The position numbers and the translations under genes were made by a program. From Ministeria vibrans ATCC 50519 (taxonomy: Eukaryota > Protista > Filasterea), in contig CALSCP010002128.1 in the NCBI GenBank assembly GCA_943704425.1, positions 22,989-86,988 of the forward strand: a stretch of 64,000 nt of DNA, in the 5' to 3' direction. Positions within the stretch are counted from its first letter, which is position 1. Each line of letters begins with the position of its first letter. Below, in pieces: positions 55,086 to 64,000 of this stretch. The notes under the pieces are model-generated. The model worked only from the letters and a program-made list of their open reading frames with translations, did not search any database and was not told the DNA's origin.

Positions 55086-55480
55086 CTGAACGGGAGAGCG
55101 AGAGAGCGAGAAGAATCAGTGGTGAGTTATTTTGGAGTCACTTGAAACTAAAGTCGAAACCAGCGCATGAGGTCAGTGGGCAACACCACGCAAGGGGGGG
55201 TGCTTTCAAAAATTAAGAGCGACGAGACTGACAGAGAGCGTTTCTTCCATAAATTCGAAATTGAGGCAAAAAAAAAAGAAAAAAAAAAGAGAGAGAACTC
55301 CAAAGGAGGAGTTAGCGGGTGCAATGGGCGAGCGGCAGTGGAAGGAGGGTGCTACACTGTGCAGTGTGGGCCGGCAGCAAGGGCGTGCAGGCGCATCCGC
55401 TGCCGTTGACAGGCGCGGCCCAAACGGCGTCACTATTAACAATATCTTTTTTTTTTTTTTTTTTTTTTTTTTTTCCTTAC

Positions 55481-55591
55481 TTTGCGTTTTAAATTATATC
55501 TATGCCAATCGCTCTGGTGGTGCGCACGTTGCACTTCAAATGACGCAAATGCAACGCGACATGCTATGCAAGTCGCTGACGATCCGTCCAT
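55481..55591 (-). CDS. ZNF622: Orphan first exon of ZNF622/Rei1 pre-60S factor (MDGSSATCIACRVAFASFEVQRAHHQSDWHRYNLKRK)
   Basis: TCxxCRVAF...QRAHxxxDWHRYNLKRK zinc finger followed by a GTAAGG donor; downstream exons are absent from the window. Confidence 0.8.
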
Positions 55592-55933
55592 TTTAGAATA
55601 GTGAATAAAATTGATCTGCTAATCATCAAAATGGAAAATGCCGGTCGAACAAGACGCACGGACTCACTGACGACTAACTGACGATCTGGAACGACTCACG
55701 CGATGTGGTTGGTCGCAGCTGGTATAATAATGAGAGCTGAGAGACGTCGAAGTCGTCGATGGTTGTTCAGGCAGTGCAGAGGAAAGATGTGTCGAGAAGG
55801 CGTCATCATCATGATGAATACGATAAGTCAAAGACCGAACTGCAATTTACTCGTTCCACTTTTTTTTTTGCATTCTGCATCTTGCACCCACCCACCCACA
55901 CACACAGTCACACGCACACTCTCTATCTCCCCA

Positions 55934-56353
55934 ATGCATCACGAGATTGACGTGGCCGCGCGATTTTTGGCGAAACTTGCCAAGGTCGATGAAAAGATAG
56001 TGCCGCTGGTGGTACAGCGACTGCGAGAACGATACGAGGGGCATTGGGAGCCAAGCTCCCCGCTGCAGGGCTCTGGGTTTCGCTGCATTCATTCATCGCG
56101 TCTGGAAGACCTTCAACTGGCGGATGACCTGCCCAATCTGCCGTGCCTCACGCTCTGGGTCGACCCCGGCGCTGTCGAGTACAAGATTGGCGATCGTGGG
56201 AGTGTGTGCCCCCTGTACGTGGTCGGCGGGAAGTCCGGTGCGCCCTCCCTGTCGCCCTCGACTCCTCCAAGTTCACCCAGCCAATTTCAACGAATTGCCT
56301 ATGGCTCTTCCCCGCGCTCTACCCGCCCCGGCCAGCTTCTGTCGCTTGCCTAA
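55934..56353 (+). CDS. BTG/Tob (APRO) antiproliferative family protein, intronless
   Basis: MHHEIDVAARFL, Box A RYEGHWEPSSPLQGSGFRCI, Box B LPCLTLWVDPGAVEYKIGDRG..CPLY. Confidence 0.88.
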   Translation: MHHEIDVAARFLAKLAKVDEKIVPLVVQRLRERYEGHWEPSSPLQGSGFRCIHSSRLEDLQLADDLPNLPCLTLWVDPGAVEYKIGDRGSVCPLYVVGGKSGAPSLSPSTPPSSPSQFQRIAYGSSPRSTRPGQLLSLA

Positions 56354-56538
56354 ACGTCACAGTATGTAACTAGCGGACCTCAGCTCACGCCATTTGTAAC
56401 GAACGAACCACCTTTTAATTTTGTATTGTTTTTCATATTTTTTGTACAAGTTCATGACGCATTTTCATTTACCCAAGAGATTGAATATACAAATTTTCAA
56501 AAATTAAAAATAAAAAAATCAGTATCATAGTTCACATT

Positions 56539-57173
56539 ATGTCTTTGCCGTCAACAACCCTCGACGACTATGTCGTTTTGGAAGTCATTGGCGAGGGGAG
56601 TTTCGGGCGAGTGTATCGAGGAAGGCGACGCTTTACAGCGGAGGTGAAACTTTGATCTGTGTCGTCTCCGACTCATCCACCCCCTGCACACACGGTAGAT
56701 CGTGGCGTTGAAGATGCTCCCGCGCACTGGTCGCACTGCCAAGGAAGTGGCGTTGCTCCAGCGTGAAATCGAAATCATGCAATCACTGTCACATCCAAAC
56801 ATTATTACTCTCCTCGACAGCTTCGAAACTCCAAACGACGTCGTGGTCGTCACCGACTATGCCGAAGGAGAGATCTTCCAGGTACCTATTTGCTCAGTGT
56901 CGACAACAAGTTTTCAAAATCGAAAAAAAAAAAAATCAATAGGTTCTGGAAGACGACAAGTTTTTCCCACCACGCCTCGTGCAGTCCGTCGCCGTCCAAC
57001 TTGTCGCCGCTCTCAAGTACCTTCATGCCAACCGAATCCTCCACCGCGACCTCAAGCCCCAGAACATCCTCATTGGCAAAGAGGGTCGCATTCTTCTGTG
57101 CGACTTTGGCTTTGCGCGTCTCATGTCCAATAACACCCAAGTAAACAAGTTAATAATAATTACTATTGTATTA

Positions 57174-57211
<38 letters not shown>

Positions 57212-60200
57212 ATGTGTGTGTGTTTCATTTACCATTCATTGCACTATAGGTTCTGACCAGCGTCAAGGGTACACCGCTGTACATGGCTCCCGAAGTGGTG
57301 ATGGAAAAGCCCTACGACCACACATCGGATCTGTGGGCCCTTGGGTGCATTTTGTTCGAGCTCGCCGTTGGCACGCCTCCCTTCTTCACCAACAGCATCT
57401 TTGAACTGGTCAATCTCATCATCAAAACGGAAATCAAGTGGCCCGCCGAGCACGACATGGAGCCTCAGATGCGCTCGTTTCTCTCGGGGCTGCTCATCAA
57501 GGACCGCCACCAGCGCCTCACCTGGCCCCACGTAGACGCTCACCCCTACGTTGCCGAAGGTGTTCGCACCATTGAGTCTCGTATACACGAGAGCCAATTT
57601 GGCACCCATGCGCAAAGCCCCTCGACTGCACATGAAGATGAGACCATTCTCAGCACGCGCCCTCCAGTCGTATCTGCAGATCTAGATCATCACGACCTCT
57701 CCGCCTCCCTCTCGTCCACGCGCTCCTCCCGCACTCTCTCCGAGCCCAATACTAGTCGTTGCAGTCCAGCCGATCGCGACGCCGCAGTCATTAACTGGTC
57801 CGAGCACGAGCGACGCGCCCGTCAGTCCGTCACGGCCTGTGCGCGCTTCCTCGCAAACTCCTCTCTCGTGTCCGACCTCTGCTCCCAACTCCAACACGTG
57901 CACAAACCCATTTTCACACCACCACCATTATCATCATCATCATTGCCATCGACAGATCATGCTTGTGTGTCCCTTGTCGCGCTCATTGTCGAGCAGACCG
58001 ACTCGGCCGGCTTTGACCAGCACGATGCCCAACGCACCCGCTTGCTTAGTGCCCTTGTGGACGCCACGCTGGCTCAGCCCTCCGTGCACGCACTCGAGGC
58101 ACTCCGCACCTGTCTTTGCCATCGTCACCGCCCTCTTGCTCTCGAGACTATTGCGCGACTCGTCTCTCTCGCAGCTGCTCTCCTCCCAGACAAGTGCCCC
58201 ACCCCAGCGATCGCAGTAGCTCTCCTTCGCTGCTCCGCCGCCCTCTTCCACTCCATCCGCGACACCCCCACTGCCACCCAGTGTGCCACAGACGTCGTTG
58301 CATCGGGCCTTCTCCACGCCATCGTCCACTCCCTTGCAACACCTCAACTCAGCAGCCCTGCCTGCACTGCCCTACTTGCCCTCATCCGCGACGACCACCA
58401 CGACTCCCGCCCCTCGTACCTCTCCCCACTCCTCCTCCACAGCTGCGCTGAACAGCTCCTTGGTGCTCCCCATGCCCTCACGACCTCCGTCATGTCTACC
58501 CTCAAAGGCGACTCCACCTTCACCACCGGTGACACTAGCGTCGACCTTCCCCTCGCGCACCTTCTCCGGCTCTCAGCTCTCTCCGATAGTTCCTCCAGTG
58601 CAACGACTGTTCCCGTCTCACGCGCTGCCCTCTCCATCCTCCATCGATGTGTTGTTGCCTCAGACGCCCTCGCCACCACTCTCGCCGCCTCCCACTCGCT
58701 CTCCCGCCTGCTCTGCGCACCTCTTGTTGTCAACGACGATGTCGACGACAATTCAACCACATCACGTGCACATCAACTTGATCCTCAGTGTGTCACTCTT
58801 GCACTCCAAACTTTGTCCGTCATCCTTCGCCGCATCGCATCTGCGCCTTCTCACAGCTACGACACAGAGCTCACTTCTGTCGTCGCAGAGTGTCTCCTTG
58901 CAGACCCTTCCCCTCTCGAGTCGCTTTCAGACGCGTTTCCAACCGCTCGTCCCGCCATTGTCTCACTCGTCGCATCGGCCGTCTCAGTGGACAATCATGA
59001 TTGCGACAACGTTAACGTGGGCGACGCACACGCGAGATCACTTGTCGCACCCGGAGCACGCGACTTTGCTTGCTCACTCGCCCGTCGTGTTGTCTACGAA
59101 CTGCGCACCGGTACTGGCGACACCTCGTCTCGTGCTTCTTTTCTTCGCAATGCATTTCTCGAGTCCGTCGGACGCTGGTGCGGCAATCATCTTCACACAG
59201 GTGTCCTCGACGATTTTGCTGTCCTCCTCCCTGAGCTCTCTATCGTGTTGTTGCCCCTGATTGAGCCACAGCTACGCGAGCCCACCACTGGCGAAGACGC
59301 CCTCGTCTCACCCACCGGCTGGATCGCGCTTCTCAGAGCCCTCTCAGTCCACATGCACGGCCCTCAACCTCTTTCCCTGCCTGCCTCCCTTGCTGCCCCT
59401 CTCTCGCTCCTTCTTTCTCCTTCCTCCATTGCTCTCATTACCGACCGTCCCACCCTTCTCGGCACCGCCGGCCCGCACGCAGTCCACCCTCTCGTGCGTT
59501 CCCTCATCGCTCTCCTCCACCACGCCATCCATCCCATGTCGACCGTCCATCCCACCAGTGCAGGCTCGTCTATGCCTCGCCAGCACACTACGTCAACTAC
59601 TCCCTCAAGCACATCGCGTCGTACAGATCCACCAATAACAGTACCACCACCACCATCATCATCGTCCTCGTCGTCGTCAAATCCCGCAAGCTCCTTTCTG
59701 CGTGCCCTCACACACACTCTCCTTGTTGACCATCTCGTGACCGAGTGCCACCGCCAGTGCTCGCGCGTCCGTGTGCTCGGCCCTACAGACGTTGACGATG
59801 CCTCCGACGACCTTGAACCAATGCTTTCGTTGCTCGTCTCGCTCACCAGTGCTCCGTATGCGCACTTTATTGACCGCACAGCGACTGTTTTGCGCGAACT
59901 CTCTACGACAGACTGGCTCGCGTCGCACCTGCTTAGTACTGACAATTGCAGTAGCGTTGTGATTGTGCACACACTCACCGTGCTCACCCACCTGGTACGC
60001 ACCAACGACGACCACTACGCGCTCCTGGGCGACGACTGTCTGGCCGTTGCGGCGCCCCTTGCCACCCTCCTGCGCGTGCCTCACAGTGCTATGGTCCGTG
60101 CTCGCGCATGCCATCTCGTTGGCAACCTGTGCCGCCACAGCGACATGCTCTACCTTCAACTCAAGCGTCACGCTGTTCTTCCAGCTCTTGTCGCCTGCCT

Positions 60201-60648
60201 CTCCGACGACGACCCAGGTGTGCGCAAGTTTGCAGCCTTTGCCGTGGGCAATGCCCTCTTTCACAGCGAGCTCCTCTTTGACACCTTCACCGATGCCATC
60301 CGTCCTCTTGTGCGTCTTCTTTCCGACTCCTCCACCGACCGCACCGCCGCCAATGCTGCAGGTGCCCTGGGAAACTTTGCACGTCGCACCGGTGCCATGT
60401 ATGGTCCCTTGCGCGACGCCAATGTCGCAGGGCATCTCGTTCAACTCGCTTGTGATGCTGCAGCGCCTATCAATGCGCGTCGTGTCGCCATCTTCTCCCT
60501 TGGAAACTATGCTCGCTTCCGCGAATTGCGTGCCACCATGCCCGCCAACACACAGACTCAGCTGAGCGACGCCCTTCTTGACCACAGCCCTCCCGATCCC
60601 ACCATGCGACAGTATCTCGAGCGATTCAATCGAAAGCTCGACTTATAA
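56539..60648 (+). CDS. STK36: Fused/STK36 Ser/Thr kinase with C-terminal ARM/HEAT repeats (4 exons)
   Basis: [74 protein letters not shown]; C-terminus GNLCRHS...[11 protein letters not shown]...[10 protein letters not shown]. Confidence 0.92.
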
Positions 60649-60805
60649 TATAATACTAAGAACAAAACAAACTTATCTGTAATGAATTAATGATACAACC
60701 ACCACCACGCCAAAACACCGCCAAAACACCTGACAAATATGATCAAGATGACTGAGATTTGAGAATAACTATTAATGAACTAACACTAATATTCGATCAA
60801 TCGAA

Positions 60806-62402
60806 ATGCAACTACTGATCGCGCTCCTCGCCTGGCTGGGTGTCGTCACGGCCTCCGACAACGCCATCTTCCAGGGGTTCTCCCATGCCTGGCAGCGACG
60901 CATCGTCGGCGAAGTGGCAACGCCGCACCGCATCAGGTTTGGCTGTCGCTCTTCCACTGTCCATCGCTTCTCTCACGCCTCTCCTGCCGTAGCAACCTCG
61001 CGGCCATCGTGGACAGTGCAAATGCCTCGGCGTTCGTCTCCTTCTCGCCCGGCGTCGACGGCGACTTCGCCTTTCCGACTGCGCTCTTTGCGCGAGTCAA
61101 TGCCTCCGCCTCAAACGTCCGCATCGACGAAGATGCCGTCTCCCTGCGTTTCACCGACAACGCCACCGATGTGGGTCCTCACAACTACCCCGTTGCCACC
61201 TCAAGCGAGTCGATTGCGTACAAGTTCACGCTGCCCTCTGCAGATACAGCGCACGCCGTTGTCCTGCGCGGCTTCTCACTGCACATGCACTGCGACGACG
61301 CAAAGCAGCCCAAGGGGTTCCCTTGCAATTCCAACGGAGTCGTACGTACACTGTTTGCCACAGAGAGAGGGGGGAGAAACAAAGTGATAGAGAGAAAGAG
61401 AGAGAGGAGAAAGAAACAAAGTGATACAGAGAGAGAAGACAGAGGAGAAAGAAACAAAGTGATAGAGAGAGAAACAAAATGATAGAGAGAAAAAAAATGA
61501 TGGGGGAGAAACAAAGTGAGAGAAACAAAGTGAGAGACTAAGAACAAGAGAAAGGAGACAGTACACCCCTAAGAACAAACCATCTCTCTTTAGTGGGCCA
61601 ACATCATTTCCATGTCTATTGACGACTGCACCGTCTCCGGCCTAAGTGCCTCTTGTAATGTCAACTTTTACCTTCAACGTGGATGGAACCCGGACGGTGT
61701 TACTCCCCCGAAAGGCAAAGCCTTTAACTTTGTCAGTAAGTGCGCCTATATAATCATGTATATATAACATAAACGTCTGCTCGTCTCACATGCTATTAGT
61801 TGACTACTCGATCGACGTGTCGCTCTCTATCCTCACTGGTGCTCCGTCCGATCTCAACGTTGTCTCCATGGTATCACGCACACATTTTCACTCACACATG
61901 CACACACGATAACATTCCCATGCTTTAGCCACCTGCTCAAGTCAACACCACACTTTGGGCAGGAGACTGGCACAACACAAGCGTGTCTGCGACAGGCGCA
62001 CCCTCCAACGCCTTTGGCTCGGCTGTCGTGGCTCTGCGCGCCTGGCGCTTCTCCATCACAGCACACTCCGCTGAAACGGCCAAGCTTCCACTGGGACGCT
62101 ACCTCGAAGGCCTTCGCTTCTTTATCGCCTCCTCCGACTACACCCCCTCCACAGGCAGCGTCCACGCTACCGTCTCCACCGCCGTGTGGAATCCCAAGAC
62201 CAGCTGGAACAACGCCGTTGCGCTCTCCCTGACCCCCGTCCTTCTCCAGCTCTCGTCCACGTCCTCCGCCCCGTCTCCCTCGCACCAGGCCGCCGCCGCT
62301 ATCTGCGTCACCGGCGATCCTGGCATTGGCTCTATCGCCTTCTCTTGCAAGCGCCGCCATCTTCCTGAACGCACCAATGCCACTGTTCCCATCTCTCTTT
62401 AA
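60806..62402 (+). CDS. Hypothetical secreted protein of about 400 aa (exons approximately 60806-60936, 60993-61341, 61594-61735, 61800-61870, 61929-62402)
   Basis: Signal peptide MQLLIALLAWLGVVTA; five phase-compatible exons; beta-rich, with several Cys and N-x-S/T sites; family not recognised. Confidence 0.65.
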
Positions 62403-62490
62403 AAACTAACTCTCCCCAGCTTTCTCGAAAAAATTAATTGGATAAAATAAATAATAGTATTCTTATAAAATATTTTACACTCGCCACATG

Positions 62491-62494
<4 letters not shown>

Positions 62495-62541
<47 letters not shown>
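62495..62541 (+). repeat. (CT)n microsatellite directly after the last visible PPAN splice donor
   Basis: Perfect dinucleotide run. Confidence 0.95.
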
Positions 62542-62543
<2 letters not shown>

Positions 62544-62546
62544 TAC

Positions 62547-63953
62547 CTCCTCCTTTGACTTGTCCACAAATCGATGGTAGAGCACTTCTCCGTCGCAAAT
62601 TCCCTGTTCAATTTTGACCACTTGCAGAACCATTCGCGGACCCAGTTCGCTCAGTTTTACTGCACTTTGCTGCGCAGTCGCATTCCCTCGTCCTTGCACT
62701 ACACAGACAGCGAGAGAAATAGACAAGAAACAGAGAAAGACAGAGACAAGAGGAGTGTGAGTACGATTCCGTTCCAAAAAAAGGTATAAAAAGTTTTTAC
62801 CTCTCTGTGAGAGTGTCACGTGTGAGTCTTCTGCTTCTTCTGCTTCACTGTCACTCGGTGCTTGTCCAGTCGAATTCCTATCATTATGAATTATGTTATA
62901 AAAAAAAGTCCCTTTCACGCACACACACACATGCAGAAACACAAATATTATTACTTCATGAGAAAGTCTGCAATGTCGTTGAGCTGCGACAAATCGGGAA
63001 TCTTTGCGTCGAGAACACGACGAACAGAGCGCGAAACACCCACAGGCTGTGCACTGACGTCATAATGGCGGAACTCAATGCGTTCAGTGTCTGCGTTGAA
63101 GTTGAAAAGGACACAGCGACGGATGAGCGACAGCTGCACTGTTTGCACGTTGATGGGCGGGAACATATTCTGCAGCATCGACGTCACAAGCTTCCACCGC
63201 AGTCCTTCCGTTGGGAAGTTGTTCAGAACCAACTGGAAACGCACACACACACACACACACAGGACACACAAAGAGTCAAAACCAAAACATTGCTACTTCA
63301 GTTTATCGGTTTGCGTACCAGAGGCGCATTCAAATGACCAATGGTCGAAAGCATTTTAGGGCGTCTTTGGATCTTGATGACGTCCTTGGCAAGGGCGTAG
63401 TTGACGAGCTGAAAGGCAATGGTGGGTCCGCGTGGAATGCGCGCAATGCGCAGGTACGACGCAGTAGTGGTGGTGGAGAAGAGCAGAAAATGGGTGACGC
63501 CTAGGGGACCGGCCACATTGATGAAATCTTTGAGGACGTTCTGTCGACGCACTTCCAGACGCGTCGCAGTGTTGGGCTCCATCACAGCGCGAACCTCGCG
63601 CATCAGTTGCTCAACTAAGAAAAACAGACGGGGTCATTTCAGTCGCTGCACGACTCTGCCATTGCCACAAACGGTCCTATAGCATGTGCAAAGAGGTGCG
63701 GGAGACAGCAAAGCGTGCGAATAAAGGCTTGAAGAGACGCCAGACAGACAGAGAGACACGAAAGGAACGGCACACGACGCGTTTAGACGACGCATGGCGG
63801 CCAAACGCACCGCACAACACACGCCGCGCTGAGCCTACCGCTAGAGCCAATGGTGCCGCGCTTCATAACAAAGCTCTTGGGCGCGCCCACGTCGGCGTCG
63901 GCGGCCGCTGCGCGCGATGCCTTGACACGCTTCTTGCGAGCCAGCTTGCGAGC
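62547..63953 (-). CDS. PPAN: Peter pan/Ssf1 Brix-domain ribosome biogenesis factor, partial (first exon outside the window, 3' exons not found)
   Basis: APKSFVMKRG, VMEPNTATRL..NVLKDFINVAGPLGVTHFL, RIPRGPT, LVLNNF, QNMFPPIN, IEFRHY, AVKLSELGPRM..KIEQGICDGEVLYH. Confidence 0.92.
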
Positions 63954-63964
63954 CTGCGCCGAAG

Positions 63965-64000
<36 letters not shown>

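Overview
Gene-dense, intron-containing eukaryotic DNA with AT-rich intergenic spacers and many microsatellites. A classical HRDLAARN tyrosine kinase together with centriole/cilium genes (CEP44, SSNA1, STK36) points to a flagellated unicellular relative of animals or a similar protist; this is inference. About 20 genes were reconstructed by hand, including INCENP, CEP44, SLC35F6-like, ALG11, a bacterial-type sirtuin, a JmjC protein, SSNA1, presenilin, an ELM2-SANT-chromodomain protein, DDX55, BTG/Tob, STK36 and PPAN. Two things stand out. (1) At about 8.7-16.2 kb there is a compact, almost intronless cluster of cell-death/immunity-type genes: a caspase-like protease with intact His/Cys, a coiled-coil-TIR protein with intact catalytic Glu, and a TPR-HET-TPR protein, next to a Sir2. 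It resembles TIR-to-caspase antiphage modules of bacteria. (2) At about 24.5-48 kb there is a giant (about 7,700 aa or more) receptor tyrosine kinase. Its ectodomain has at least 10 Reelin-like repeats (six with nested sub-repeats), two PA14 domains, a P-domain, an L-domain, Sushi domains, Notch-like EGFs and a juxtamembrane ZU5/GPS-like HLS motif. Three genes break at simple repeats: ZNF622 exon 1 abuts a G-protein gamma last exon, the RTK lacks its 5' end, and PPAN lacks its 3' end. This suggests assembly mis-joins or real rearrangements. All family calls come from motif recognition by eye; no database searches were run.
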